NCBI GenBank assembly: GCA_963668315.1
Contig: OY764216.1
Span: 3,488,001 to 3,552,000, forward strand
Source of the DNA: Spirochaetia bacterium
Lineage (GTDB): Bacteria > Spirochaetota > Spirochaetia > DSM-2461
DNA length: 64,000 nucleotides
Direction: 5' to 3'
Part shown: one piece after another, positions 30,116 through 40,600 of the stretch
Layout of the letters: each line of letters begins with the position of its first letter
Numbering within the stretch: the stretch's first letter is position 1
The notes under the pieces: model-generated
Databases searched by the model: none
Told to the model about the DNA's origin: nothing
The model's input: only the letters and a program-made list of their open reading frames with translations
Made by a program: the position numbers and the translations under genes

Positions 30116-30553
30116 CTAATTCTCTTCCAGATTTTTTCTGACCCGGTCCAGATAGTTCAGAAATATTCCTATTTCCTCCTCGCTGAAACCCTTCATAATC
30201 GTCGATTCCACCCTGTTTATGTCCTTGTGGACCTCCTCATGGATCAGCAGGGCCTCTTCCGTCAGCTGAAGACGTTTCAGCCGGGCGTCATGCTCCACGG
30301 GTAGTCTGACAAGAAGACCTTTCTCCTCCATAAGGGAAAGGATACGCGAAGCGGTGGAACGGGTTATGGAAAGTTCCCTTTCCACGTCTTTCTGGAAGAT
30401 TTCCTTTGCTGAATTTCTCGCGAGAAATCCGATGATCCATCCGTTGGTTCCTGTAATCCGCTGTGCTTTCTGGGGCCCTTCCGACTCATCAATTCTTCTT
30501 TTAATCAGATGGGACAGGGAGATAATCATCCGTCCCAGGCGTATTTTTTCCAT
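30116..30553 (-). CDS. MarR-family transcriptional regulator
   Basis: QKDVERELSITRSTASRILSLMEEKGLL, DARLKRLQLT; start MEKIR at 30553. Confidence 0.92.
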   Translation of the reverse strand: MEKIRLGRMIISLSHLIKRRIDESEGPQKAQRITGTNGWIIGFLARNSAKEIFQKDVERELSITRSTASRILSLMEEKGLLVRLPVEHDARLKRLQLTEEALLIHEEVHKDINRVESTIMKGFSEEEIGIFLNYLDRVRKNLEEN

Positions 30554-30563
30554 GGCGGCCTCG

Positions 30564-30622
30564 ATTGTTGCAAATACAACTGTTTTATATACAACAATAA
30601 TTATTTTTTCCGGGAAGGTCAA
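30564..30622 (-). promoter_or_regulatory. MarR operon promoter with tandem GTTG-N6-CAAC operators
   Basis: Minus-strand TTGACC-17nt-TATTGT; ATTGTTGcaaataCAACtGTTttatataCAACAAT at 30564-30598. Confidence 0.6.
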
Positions 30623-30825
30623 TCATTTTCGGGAAATACATTCTTTAGCCCTTGCGGCAAAGGGGCATCCCTGCGAAAATAAAAGGCAGGGGTAATAAAT
30701 GCAAAATCTTTTAAACCAGATCTTGACTTCTCCCCTATAATTGTTGATAACTGATGCGGAATGTTAAATAGCAGGATTTTCCGCTAAACGCATCTTTTTA
30801 ATAATACAGAAGGTGGTTTTATCCT

Positions 30826-32754
30826 ATGAGCAGTGATAAAGTCTGGAACAGCTGGAGCAGCAGGAAATCATCCGATTTGTACGGAGTCAATGAGTGGGGA
30901 GCCGGTTATTTCGGTGTTAACGAAGGGGGAGATCTCTGTATCGAAACGGAGATGGGCAAGGATCGCATTTCCATTCCCTTCAGGGAGATTATATCCGGCA
31001 TAACAGAAAGAGGCATGGAGCTTCCCGTTCTTCTTCGGATAGAAAATTTTCTCGATTCCCGCATATCCCTATTGAATGAAGCTTTTCGCAAGGCGATAAG
31101 GGAACAGAATTACCGCAGCGTATACCGGGGTATCTTTCCCATAAAAGTAAATCAGCAGGAGCAGGTACTCCACGAAATAGTCCGGGCCGGAGCCCAGTAT
31201 CATCACGGCCTGGAAGCGGGCAGCAAGGCCGAACTGATTGCCGCCCTTTCGGTCATGGAGGACAGGGAATCCTGTCTGATCTGCAACGGTTATAAGGATG
31301 AGGAATTCATCGATCTTGCCCTGCAGGCGACCCGGATGGGCTACAAGGTTTTTCTTGTGCTGGAGATGCCCGGAGAACTCGATCTGATTCTCGAGAGGAG
31401 CCGCGCCCTGGGCATCGAACCCAACCTGGGCGTCCGTTTCAAGGTTTCCGCCCAGGCGGGGGGACACTGGAGCGAATCGGGCGGGGACAGAAGTCTCTTT
31501 GGCCTGACCAGCACCCAGATCATCGATGCCGTGGACAGCCTCAAGCAGAGCGACTGCCTTTCCTGTCTCAAGCTCCTCCATTTCCACCTGGGCTCCCAGA
31601 TCCCCAATATCCGGGATATCCGTCAATCCGTCCTGGAAGCGGCCCGCCTATACGGAGGACTGGTGGGAGAGGGCGCCCCCATGGGGTATTTCGATATGGG
31701 CGGCGGTCTGGCCGTTGATTACGACGGATCCCTGACCAACTACACCCACAGCCGCAACTATACCCTCGACGAGTACGCCAGCGATATCATCGACGTTCTC
31801 ATGGGGGTCTTCGAAGAGGAGAAGATAGAACATCCGGTGCTGCTGACCGAATCGGGAAGGGCGACCGTCGCCTACTATTCCGTTCTCCTTGTCAATGTTC
31901 TGGACGTGACCAAATTCGAACCGGCCGTTCTGCCGGAAAGCTATCCCGAGGACACCCCCGAACTGATTCTCAATATGGTGGAAATGCTCGAAAACATGAC
32001 CCGGAAGAATATTCAGGAGTGTTTCAACGACGCCGTTTTCTACCGGGATCAGATGCGCCATATGTTCCAGTACGGCCAGGTGACCCTGAGGCAGAGATCG
32101 CTGTGCGAAAATCTCTATCTGACGATTATCAGGAGAATCCAGGAACAGATGGACAAGATGAAGAGGATCCCTCCCGGTCTTGAGCAGCTGACCGACAGCC
32201 TCTCCGATATCTATTATGCGAACTTCAGCCTTTTCCAGTCACTTCCCGACGTATGGGCCATCGACCAGATTTTTCCGGTCATGCCCCTGACCAGGCTGAA
32301 CGAGGAACCGCTCAGAAGGGGGATTATCGCCGATATTACCTGCGACTGCGACGGTCAGATCAATAATTTCATCAGCCAGAAGGATCCGGAAAGGAGCCTG
32401 CCCCTTCATGAGCTTCGCGATGATGAGGAGTACTGGCTCGGATTCTTCCTGGTGGGCGCCTATCAGGAGACATTGGGGGATCTTCATAACCTTTTCGGCG
32501 ACACCAATGTCGTCAGTATCAGGATACACGGGGATTCCAGCTTTGATATCATAAGGGAACTGGAGGGCGATACGATCGCCGATGTTTTAAACTATGTTGA
32601 ATACGACCCGAAGACCGTGCTGGATAATTTCAGGAAGAAAGCGGAACGGGCCGTGAAAGAGGGGAGGATAACCCCTGTTCAGCGTCAGGAAACAGTCAAA
32701 GGCTTCGAAAGAAGCCTGCGCGGCTATACCTATTACGAAAGGGAGAATGATTAA
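30826..32754 (+). CDS. speA: Biosynthetic arginine decarboxylase
   Basis: WGAGYF, FPIKVNQ (PLP Lys), GLEAGSK, HFHLGSQI, GGGLAVDYDG, DITCDCDG, HNLFG. Confidence 0.95.
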   Translation: MSSDKVWNSWSSRKSSDLYGVNEWGAGYFGVNEGGDLCIETEMGKDRISIPFREIISGITERGMELPVLLRIENFLDSRISLLNEAFRKAIREQNYRSVYRGIFPIKVNQQEQVLHEIVRAGAQYHHGLEAGSKAELIAALSVMEDRESCLICNGYKDEEFIDLALQATRMGYKVFLVLEMPGELDLILERSRALGIEPNLGVRFKVSAQAGGHWSESGGDRSLFGLTSTQIIDAVDSLKQSDCLSCLKLLHFHLGSQIPNIRDIRQSVLEAARLYGGLVGEGAPMGYFDMGGGLAVDYDGSLTNYTHSRNYTLDEYASDIIDVLMGVFEEEKIEHPVLLTESGRATVAYYSVLLVNVLDVTKFEPAVLPESYPEDTPELILNMVEMLENMTRKNIQECFNDAVFYRDQMRHMFQYGQVTLRQRSLCENLYLTIIRRIQEQMDKMKRIPPGLEQLTDSLSDIYYANFSLFQSLPDVWAIDQIFPVMPLTRLNEEPLRRGIIADITCDCDGQINNFISQKDPERSLPLHELRDDEEYWLGFFLVGAYQETLGDLHNLFGDTNVVSIRIHGDSSFDIIRELEGDTIADVLNYVEYDPKTVLDNFRKKAERAVKEGRITPVQRQETVKGFERSLRGYTYYEREND

Positions 32755-33939
32755 ATGGCGAAAGTAGTGATTATCGGTGCAGGGGGAGTAGGTTCCGTGG
32801 TGGCCCAGAAATGCGGTCAGCTGCCGGAAGTATTCGGAGAGATTGTTCTCGCCAGCAGAACGGTCAGTAAATGCGACAAAATCGCCTCTCTCATCAACAG
32901 GCCCGTCATTACCGAAGCCGTCGATACGGACAATGTTCCCATGCTTACGGCTCTTCTTGAGAAACACCGGCCCGACCTTGTCATTAATGTCGCCTTGCCC
33001 TACCAGGATCTTCATATTATGGATGCCTGTCTGGCCGCGGGGGTCAACTATCTGGATACGGCCAATTACGAACCGCTGGAAACGGCGAAATTCGAATATA
33101 AATGGCAGTGGGAGTATCAGGAACGCTTCCGGGAAAAGGGACTGATGGCCCTTCTGGGAAGCGGATTTGATCCGGGCGTCACCAATGTCTTCACCGCCTA
33201 TCTGAAAAAGCACTATTTCGATGAGATTCATGAACTGGATATTGTTGATGTGAACGGCGGCGACCACGGTCAGCCTTTCGCCACCAATTTCAATCCGGAA
33301 ATCAATATCAGGGAAGTAACCGCCGCCTGCCGTCACTGGGAAAAAGGCGAGTTTGTGGAAACTCCCGCCATGAGCGAGAGAAAAAGCTTCTCCTGTCCCG
33401 AGGAAGTGGGCACCTACAATATTTACCGTATGTACCACGAAGAGCTGGAATCGCTGACCATGAACTACCCCTCTCTGAAGAGAGCCCAGTTCTGGATGAG
33501 TTTCGGCGATTCCTACCTGAAGCATCTCGAAGTGCTCCAGAATGTGGGCATGACCAGGATCGATCCGGTCATGTTCGAGGGAAGGGAGATCGTTCCCATT
33601 CAGTTCCTCAAGGCCCTTCTTCCCGATCCGGGCAGCCTGGGACCCCTGACCAAGGGCAACACCTGCATCGGATGTATCGTCAAAGGGGTAAAAGACGGGA
33701 AGTCTCTTACCAAGTACTGTTATAATATCTGCAGCCACGAAGAGTCCTATAAGGAAGTAAGCAGCCAGGCCATCAGCTATACCACAGGCGTCCCCGCCAT
33801 GATCGGGGCGAAAATGATGGTGGAAGGGAAATGGACGGGAAAGGGCGTGTTCAATATGGAACAGATGGATCCCGATCCCTTTATGGATGACCTCAACAGG
33901 TACGGACTGCCATGGAAAGTAATCGATTGGCAGGAATAG
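32755..33939 (+). CDS. Carboxy(nor)spermidine dehydrogenase (saccharopine dehydrogenase family)
   Basis: GAGGVG, NVALPYQDL, YLDTANYEP, GFDPGVT, FATNFNPEINIRE, YTTGVPAM; adjacent to nspC. Confidence 0.92.
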   Translation: MAKVVIIGAGGVGSVVAQKCGQLPEVFGEIVLASRTVSKCDKIASLINRPVITEAVDTDNVPMLTALLEKHRPDLVINVALPYQDLHIMDACLAAGVNYLDTANYEPLETAKFEYKWQWEYQERFREKGLMALLGSGFDPGVTNVFTAYLKKHYFDEIHELDIVDVNGGDHGQPFATNFNPEINIREVTAACRHWEKGEFVETPAMSERKSFSCPEEVGTYNIYRMYHEELESLTMNYPSLKRAQFWMSFGDSYLKHLEVLQNVGMTRIDPVMFEGREIVPIQFLKALLPDPGSLGPLTKGNTCIGCIVKGVKDGKSLTKYCYNICSHEESYKEVSSQAISYTTGVPAMIGAKMMVEGKWTGKGVFNMEQMDPDPFMDDLNRYGLPWKVIDWQE

Positions 33940-35069
33940 ATTTTACCCCGATCCAGACACCCGCCTTTGTGGTGGACGCCGCTCTGATAGAAAAGAACGG
34001 CGCCATTATGAAGTCGGTGGCCGAAGAGAGCGGGGCGACCGTGCTGCTGGCCCTGAAAGGGTTTTCCATGTTCTCCCTTTTCGATCTGATGCGCCCCTAT
34101 CTGGGCGGGGTGTGCGCCAGTTCGGTGAACGAAGCCCGTCTGGGCAGAGAGGAGATGGGAAGGGAAGTTCACAGCTACAGCCCCGCCTACAGTGAGGAGA
34201 GCCTGAGGAAACTGATGGAGCTTTCCGATCACGTGGTGTTCAATTCTCCCTCCCAGTGGGAACGGTTCGCTTCCCTGAGAGAGGAGTACGGCGATACCGT
34301 TTCCTACGGTCTGCGCTTCAATCCCTCCCATTCGGAAACGGAAACTCCCATCTATGACCCTTCGGCGCCCCTGTCCCGTCTGGGGACGATAAGGGAAGAG
34401 CTGCCCGATGGTTTCCTCCGGCCGATTGAGGGACTCCATATCCATAACCTCTGTGAGAGGGATGCTCCTGAACTGGTGCGTACCTGGGAAGCCGTGGAGA
34501 AAGCCCTCGGTGACGAACTTGAACATTTCCGCTGGATTAATCTGGGGGGCGGCCATCACATAACCCGTGACGGCTACCAAAGGGATATGCTTGTCGAGCT
34601 GATATGGAAAATACGTTCCCGCTACGGAGCGGATGTTTATCTGGAACCGGGCGAAGCCTGGGCTCTGAATGCGGGATACCTTGTCACAACGGTGCTGGAT
34701 ACCCACCGCAACAGGGGGGATCTGGCCATTCTAGACACGGCCGTTCCCTGCCATATGCCCGATGTGCTGGAAATGCCCTACCGGCCGGAGATTATCGGCG
34801 CGGGACAGCCGGGGGAAAAGGCTCACACCTACCGCCTGGGGGGCGTGTCCTGTCTCGCCGGCGATGTGGCGGGAGATTACAGCTTCGACTCCCCCCTTAA
34901 AAGGGGAGACCGGCTCGTCTTTACCGATATGGCCCATTACACCATGGTCAAAACCAACACATTCAACGGTGTGGAACTGCCTTCCCTCTATATCGCCGAT
35001 TCCCGTGACGGCAGCCTGAGGGCGGTACGTCATTTCGGTTACGAAGACTTTAAAGGACGTCTTTCATGA
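33912..35069 (+). CDS. nspC: Carboxy(nor)spermidine decarboxylase
   Basis: LLALKGF, YDPSAPLSRLG, HNLCE, GGGHHIT, EPGEA, HMPDVLEMPYRP, CLAGD, YTMVKTNTFNG. Confidence 0.93.
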   Translation: MESNRLAGIDFTPIQTPAFVVDAALIEKNGAIMKSVAEESGATVLLALKGFSMFSLFDLMRPYLGGVCASSVNEARLGREEMGREVHSYSPAYSEESLRKLMELSDHVVFNSPSQWERFASLREEYGDTVSYGLRFNPSHSETETPIYDPSAPLSRLGTIREELPDGFLRPIEGLHIHNLCERDAPELVRTWEAVEKALGDELEHFRWINLGGGHHITRDGYQRDMLVELIWKIRSRYGADVYLEPGEAWALNAGYLVTTVLDTHRNRGDLAILDTAVPCHMPDVLEMPYRPEIIGAGQPGEKAHTYRLGGVSCLAGDVAGDYSFDSPLKRGDRLVFTDMAHYTMVKTNTFNGVELPSLYIADSRDGSLRAVRHFGYEDFKGRLS

Positions 35070-35932
35070 AACATTTTCTCTCTTCCGAAATGGATAATTC
35101 GCCGGCGGACAAGGCGCTTTTCCATATTATTCCGGCCCCCATGGAGATGAGCGTCTCCTACGGCACGGGAGCCGCCGGGGGACCGGAGGCCATCATAGAG
35201 GCTTCCGATCAGCTGGAGGAGTGGGACGGTGCGTCCTTTCCCTGCCGAGAAGGAATACACACCTGTGGCATGATCAAAGAGGACGAACCGGCCGATTTTA
35301 TCGAATCCATAAGAAAGCAAACCCTTAAGACGCTGGAGGCCGGGGCTGTTCCCGTCCTTCTCGGGGGGGAACATACGGTGACCCTCGGAGCGGCGGAAGC
35401 CTTTTACGAAAAATTCGGAAACCGGGTGGGACTTGTTCAGATCGACGCCCATGCCGATTTGCGGTGGAATTATCAGGGAAATCCCTACAGCCATGCTTCG
35501 GTTATACGGAAAATCCATGAAAAGACCGGATGGTCTGTTTACCAGGTGGGGATAAGAGCTCTCTGTGAAGAGGAGCTGGCTTATCAGAAGGAGCAGGGGA
35601 TTTACTGTCTTACCGGAAAAGAAGCCGCTGCCAAAGGGGTGAAAGAGTTGATCCTGCCCGATGATTTCCCCGAATTCCTCTACCTGACATTTGATATTGA
35701 CGGTCTGGACAGCTCACAGATGCCTGCCACGGGGACACCCGTGCCGGGAGGACTGGACTGGTATCAATCCCTTTCCCTTATCGAATCCCTGGCGGAGCAG
35801 AGAAAAATCATCGGCTTTGACCTGGTGGAACTGGCGCCGTCCCCGGCATTTGAATACTGTAATTTTACCGCCGCCCAGACGGTTTACAATATCATGGGCA
35901 TTATCCAGAGACAGAACCGCTTTTTTTCATAG
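35066..35932 (+). CDS. speB: Agmatinase (ureohydrolase)
   Basis: GGEHT, DAHAD, TFDIDGLD, PATGTPVPGG. Confidence 0.9.
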   Translation: MKHFLSSEMDNSPADKALFHIIPAPMEMSVSYGTGAAGGPEAIIEASDQLEEWDGASFPCREGIHTCGMIKEDEPADFIESIRKQTLKTLEAGAVPVLLGGEHTVTLGAAEAFYEKFGNRVGLVQIDAHADLRWNYQGNPYSHASVIRKIHEKTGWSVYQVGIRALCEEELAYQKEQGIYCLTGKEAAAKGVKELILPDDFPEFLYLTFDIDGLDSSQMPATGTPVPGGLDWYQSLSLIESLAEQRKIIGFDLVELAPSPAFEYCNFTAAQTVYNIMGIIQRQNRFFS

Positions 35933-35943
35933 AAGATTCAGGC

Positions 35944-35979
35944 CTGCCGGAGGACATGTCCACAGAGGTCCTCCGTCAG
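35944..35979. terminator. Hairpin between convergent speB and MCP genes
   Basis: CTGcCGGAGGAC-N12-GTCCTCCGtCAG; no strong T tract. Confidence 0.45.
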
Positions 35980-35986
35980 AGGTGGA

Positions 35987-37957
35987 TCAGAACTCTTCAA
36001 ACTCGTCCGACTCCTCCCGGGGGGGAAGTTCTATGCCTACCGAAAGGGAAGGCCTCACCGTCCTGTTAGGGACCGGTATTTTCGCTTGTACGGCGGATGA
36101 CGGTGTCTCCCTCATAACTCTTTTTTCGGGAGCTTCTGCATGAGCGGAGGGGGAAGCGGCGTGATTACCATCCAGTTTGAAATAGAGCATCAGCTCCTTC
36201 AGCTGTTTCGCCTGGTCGGCAAGGAGATCGGACGTGGACGCCAGTTCCTCCGACGAGGAGGCATTGCTCTGTATGGTCTGGTCCAGCTGCTGAATGGCCG
36301 TGGTAATCTGATTGACCCCCGCCTGCTGTTCGTGGCTTGATGAACTGATCTCTTTCACAAGGTCGGCGGTCTGTTCAATATTGGGTACCAGTTTCGCCAG
36401 TTTTTCTCCCGATCCCCGGGAGAGGCTGACAGTGGAAGAGGCCAGGTCGGTTATTTCCCCGGCGGCTTTCTGACTTTGCTCGGCCAGCTTCCTTACCTCT
36501 GCGGCAACCACGGCAAAACCTTTCCCATGTTCTCCGGCCCTGGCGGCTTCTATGGCGGCATTCAGAGCCAGCATATTGGTATTTCTGGCGATTTCCTCGA
36601 TGATGCTGATTTTTTCGGCGATATAGTTCATGGCTTCCACCGCCTTTTCCACCGTCTCACCGCTCTCCTTGGCATCGGACGCCGCCTGGGCGGCGATATC
36701 CTCGGTCAATTTGGCATTTTCCGCATTCTGGGAAATATTGGCGTTCATCTCCTCCATGGAACTGGAGACTTCTTCGGCGTTGGCCGCCTGTTCGGTGGCA
36801 CCGGCGGAGAGCATCTGGCTTGACTCGTTGACCTGCATACTGCTGTCCGCAATATTTCCGGCGGAGTCCATCACTTCCTGAACGACCTTCTTGAAATTGG
36901 CCGACATCCGGTCCAATGACTGAGCCAGGAGTCCGATTTCATCCTTTTTTTTCAGAAGACTCTTCTCCACGGCAATTCTCAAATCCCCCGAGGCCATGGT
37001 CTGCAGATCATCGGAAAGGATTTTTATGGGACGGGTAAAATTATTCCCCAGAATCACACCTACCACTACGGCCATGATAAGCCAGAATATCCCCATGATG
37101 ATCATGCTGTTTTTTAATCCGTCAAGCGAGGCCAGGGCGACCCGGGCGGGAATATTAATGGCGATGTTCCAGCCGAAATCGCCTATGGGCGTATAAGCCA
37201 CGTACTTCATGTCGTACCTGCTACCGTAATGATCAACACCCCTATTTCCGTCAAGCATGCTGTCAATGATGGCGGCCAATCCGGTAAAGCTGGGATCATC
37301 TTCTTCCAGCGTGGAGGCGTCTATCTGGTTCTTGACCATTTCCGGGTTGGTGTGGGCGATGGGCCAGGGATTTTCCGAAATAATGAAGTTGGACGATCCT
37401 TCCCCGTTGTCCACCGTCTTGAGGTATTCGCTTAGAAAAACGGCATTCGTCTTGGCCGAAAGCATACTGACCAGCCGGCCTTCACGGATAACCGGGGCCA
37501 CAATCAGTACGGTGAGAATATCCTCTTCGCCCGCTTTCAGACTGTAAAGAGGATCGGACATGACCGCTTTCTTATCCTTAAGAACCGATTGGAAATAGTC
37601 CCGGCTTGAAATATCCACCGTTTCACCGTTGGCATAGGTTTTTATCCCGTCCAGATCGACAGGACCTATGGAGTCGTATCCCAGACGTTTGGATTCCCTT
37701 TCAAGGATTTCATACATTTCGTCCGAATAGTCCACGTCAAGGAACCGGGCGATGCTGTTCAATTCTACAAACTGTGTATTGATCCAGCTCTCATAACCGT
37801 CGGCCAGTTTTTCCGCTTCCGATGTAAGACGGAGATTGACTTCCGAGTGGAGGGCATTGCGGGAACTGAAATAGGAAAAGAGACTCAGGGAAATGATAAT
37901 AACAAAAGACGTGGAAACAAAGGCAAAGATCTGTTTAATTCTTACATTAAAGTTCAT
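35987..37957 (-). CDS. Methyl-accepting chemotaxis protein with dCache sensor
   Basis: Two TMs flanking a dCache domain ([16 protein letters not shown]), HAMP, signalling hairpin; C-terminal EFEEF. Confidence 0.95.
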   Translation of the reverse strand: MNFNVRIKQIFAFVSTSFVIIISLSLFSYFSSRNALHSEVNLRLTSEAEKLADGYESWINTQFVELNSIARFLDVDYSDEMYEILERESKRLGYDSIGPVDLDGIKTYANGETVDISSRDYFQSVLKDKKAVMSDPLYSLKAGEEDILTVLIVAPVIREGRLVSMLSAKTNAVFLSEYLKTVDNGEGSSNFIISENPWPIAHTNPEMVKNQIDASTLEEDDPSFTGLAAIIDSMLDGNRGVDHYGSRYDMKYVAYTPIGDFGWNIAINIPARVALASLDGLKNSMIIMGIFWLIMAVVVGVILGNNFTRPIKILSDDLQTMASGDLRIAVEKSLLKKKDEIGLLAQSLDRMSANFKKVVQEVMDSAGNIADSSMQVNESSQMLSAGATEQAANAEEVSSSMEEMNANISQNAENAKLTEDIAAQAASDAKESGETVEKAVEAMNYIAEKISIIEEIARNTNMLALNAAIEAARAGEHGKGFAVVAAEVRKLAEQSQKAAGEITDLASSTVSLSRGSGEKLAKLVPNIEQTADLVKEISSSSHEQQAGVNQITTAIQQLDQTIQSNASSSEELASTSDLLADQAKQLKELMLYFKLDGNHAASPSAHAEAPEKRVMRETPSSAVQAKIPVPNRTVRPSLSVGIELPPREESDEFEEF

Positions 37958-37994
37958 TCTAGAGGTATCCTTCTCATTAAAAAATAGATTTTTA

Positions 37995-38049
37995 CATAGA
38001 AATTCTATGGTTTTCATAAAAGTTTAGGTCATGGGAAAGGGGAATGCAA
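37995..38049 (-). promoter_or_regulatory. MCP promoter and downstream palindrome
   Basis: Minus-strand TTGCAT-17nt-TAAACT (38049-38021); CATAGAA-A-TTCTATG at 37995-38009. Confidence 0.5.
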
Positions 38050-38121
38050 GAAAATAATAATCACCGGGGTATTTATGGAATAAAATATCCCTTTCCGAAA
38101 AAGGTAAAAAAGCTCAATTTA

Positions 38122-38167
38122 TTGACTCTGACCGATGAAATGGGATAGGATGTTTAACCAGACTAAA
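38122..38167 (+). promoter_or_regulatory. dpaL operon promoter and putative operator
   Basis: TTGACT-18nt-TAGGAT; TTTAACCAGACTAAA at 38153-38167 resembles sites at 43390 and 50249. Confidence 0.5.
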
Positions 38168-38206
38168 TATATAACATCTGAGTTAACAAAAAAGGGACAT
38201 TCTTTC

Positions 38207-39409
38207 ATGCAAATAAAAGGTATTAAAAATAAAAATCATCACCCCGAATCCTATCTCCCGGAACTTATAAACGCTGATATTCTGAATGAGGTGAAGGCTT
38301 TTCACGAATCTTTCTGGGAATATACCAGGAGTGAAATACATCAGCTCGATGCCCTGGCGGGGCATACCGGTCTCGAAAAATTATTTCTCAAGGACGAATC
38401 GAGCCGTTTCGGTCTCAACTCCTTTAAGGTGCTCGGCGCCGCCTATGCCGTGGGCAAGGCTCTGGCCGAAGAACTGGGAGAATCCATCGGGAATCTTCCC
38501 TTTCCCCTTTTAAAGGAAAGAGTAGCCCGGAAGCTTCCCCATATCAAGCTGGCGGCCACCACCGATGGAAATCATGGCCGGGGAGTCGCCTGGATGGGCC
38601 GTCAGCTGGGCCTGCCCGTCTTTATTTTTATGCCCCGGGGAACGACCCAGGCCCGTTTGAACCATATTAAAAAAGAAGGGGCCCAGGCACAGATCGTCGA
38701 TATGAACTATGATGATACGGTGCGTTATGTGGCGGAAAAAGCCCGGAAAGAGAAATGGCTGGTGATCCAGGATACCGCCTGGGAAGGGTATGAGGATGTC
38801 CCTAAGTGGATTATGCAGGGATACGCCACCATCGCCAGGGAATTCCGGGCCGATCTGGGAGAGACCCTGCCTACCCATGTTTTTATTCAGGCCGGTGTCG
38901 GAGCGTTTGCCGGGGTGATTGCCGAATCCCTCTATGTGATGTATAAGGAGAAATGTCCCCGGATTGTTGTGGTGGAAGCCGAAGCGGCCGACTGTTTTTA
39001 TGAAAGCGCACTTAAGGGACACGACGTCACAAGAGGAGGATATCATAATACGATTATGGCGGGACTTGCCTGCGGCGAACAGAATCCCCTGGGAAACCGG
39101 ATCCTCAAAAAACTGGCCTACGCCTTTGTCAGCACCCCCGACTGGACCTCGGCCAACGGAATGAGAATCCTGGCCAATCCTCTTCCGGGGGATGAGAAGA
39201 TCATCAGCGGAGAATCGGGAGCGGTTTCCATCGGGGCGATTGAGCGTATTATGACCTGTCCGGAATATTCGGAACTGAAGAATATGCTCGGTCTGGATGA
39301 AACGTCCCGCATTCTGGCGTTCAGCACGGAAGGGGACACCGACCCTGAGGTATATCGCAGCGTAGTATGGTATGGCGGTTACAGCGAACCGCAGGAGGAA
39401 AAAATATGA
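38207..39409 (+). CDS. dpaL: Diaminopropionate ammonia-lyase (PLP)
   Basis: KDESSRFGLNSFKVLG, TTDGNHGRG, IQDTAWEGY, QAGVG, MAGLACGE, STEGDTD. Confidence 0.95.
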   Translation: MQIKGIKNKNHHPESYLPELINADILNEVKAFHESFWEYTRSEIHQLDALAGHTGLEKLFLKDESSRFGLNSFKVLGAAYAVGKALAEELGESIGNLPFPLLKERVARKLPHIKLAATTDGNHGRGVAWMGRQLGLPVFIFMPRGTTQARLNHIKKEGAQAQIVDMNYDDTVRYVAEKARKEKWLVIQDTAWEGYEDVPKWIMQGYATIAREFRADLGETLPTHVFIQAGVGAFAGVIAESLYVMYKEKCPRIVVVEAEAADCFYESALKGHDVTRGGYHNTIMAGLACGEQNPLGNRILKKLAYAFVSTPDWTSANGMRILANPLPGDEKIISGESGAVSIGAIERIMTCPEYSELKNMLGLDETSRILAFSTEGDTDPEVYRSVVWYGGYSEPQEEKI

Positions 39410-40584
39410 AGCAGAACGGCGACGTGGTAGAGATTTGTCAGAAACTTATCGAAGCGAGAAGTTATTCCGGAGAAGAGTCCGAAGTGGCTTCCGTTTTGAA
39501 GGATATCATGAAAAACCTGGGTTTTGACCGGGTCGATGTGGACAAGTACGGGAATGTCATCGGTACCTTTGAAGGAAGGGAAGAGGGCCCTGTCCAGCTC
39601 TATGACGCCCACATAGACACGGTTCCCGTACCGGACCCGTCAAAATGGACCCATTCTCCCTTTGCCGGAGAGATTGAAGACGGTAAGGTGTACGGGAGGG
39701 GCACGTCGGATATGAAGGGGGCTCTGGCATCCATGCTGGTGGCCGCCGCCTCTTATGCCCGGAAAACGGACCGTCGATTCAAAGGGAAAATCTGCGTCGC
39801 CGGCGTCTGCCACGAAGAGTGCTTCGAGGGAGTGGCCGCCCGGGAAATCAGCAGAAACTATAAGCCCGATTATGTCGTCATTGGAGAGGCTTCCCATCTT
39901 AATCTGAAGCACGGGCAGAGGGGCAGGGCCGAAATCGTCATCGAAACCTTCGGGAAACCCGCCCACAGCGCCAACCCGGAACACGGCATCAATGCGGTTT
40001 ATCAGATGGCCGAGGTGATTAACGCTGTGAAAGTCATCACTCCCGGTGTCGATGAGAATCTGGGGAAAGGAATCCTTGAATTGGTGGACATCATCTCCTC
40101 CCCCTATCCGGGGGCTTCCGTGGTGCCCGATTACTGCCGTACGACCTGGGACAGGAGACTTCTTGTCGGCGAAACCAAAGAGAGCGTACTTGAGCCTCTT
40201 CTCGAAGCCATGGAAAAGCTGAAGTCTACCGTTTCCGGGCTGAACGTCAAAGTATCCCTGGCCGCAGAGGAGCTGACCTGTTACACGGGAGAGAAGATCG
40301 GCGACGAACGTTTTTTTCCCGGCTGGTTCTACGACAGCAGGGAAACCTTTGTCTCCTCCGTCTTCGACGCTCTGAAGAGCGGGGGGATAGAGAGTCGTCT
40401 TACCCATTATGATTTCTGTACCAACGGCAGTCATTATGCCGGCGAGGCAGGGATAAAAACTATCGGCTTCGGACCGTCAGAAGAGTTCCTGGCCCATACC
40501 ATTGATGAGTACATAGAGATTGACCAGCTGGAAAAGGCGGTGAAGGGCTATGAAATCATCATGGAAACACTTGAACAGATATAA
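39406..40584 (+). CDS. ygeY: YgeY-family M20 metallohydrolase
   Basis: AHIDTV, GRGTSDMKG, HEECFEG, QRGRAE, AHSANPE, FCTNG, AHTIDE; ATGA-coupled to dpaL. Confidence 0.85.
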   Translation: MKQNGDVVEICQKLIEARSYSGEESEVASVLKDIMKNLGFDRVDVDKYGNVIGTFEGREEGPVQLYDAHIDTVPVPDPSKWTHSPFAGEIEDGKVYGRGTSDMKGALASMLVAAASYARKTDRRFKGKICVAGVCHEECFEGVAAREISRNYKPDYVVIGEASHLNLKHGQRGRAEIVIETFGKPAHSANPEHGINAVYQMAEVINAVKVITPGVDENLGKGILELVDIISSPYPGASVVPDYCRTTWDRRLLVGETKESVLEPLLEAMEKLKSTVSGLNVKVSLAAEELTCYTGEKIGDERFFPGWFYDSRETFVSSVFDALKSGGIESRLTHYDFCTNGSHYAGEAGIKTIGFGPSEEFLAHTIDEYIEIDQLEKAVKGYEIIMETLEQI

Positions 40585-40600
40585 AAAAGGATCCTATAGA

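Noticed and set aside
30646..30706. c-di-GMP-I riboswitch-like words (GGCAAA..GAAA..GCAAAA) and two small hairpins
   Set aside because: Spacing and pairing do not fit the aptamer; no second stem or tetraloop receptor
38018..38206. Purine riboswitch upstream of dpaL or the permease
   Set aside because: No purine-aptamer core recognisable in either leader; regulation looks operator-based
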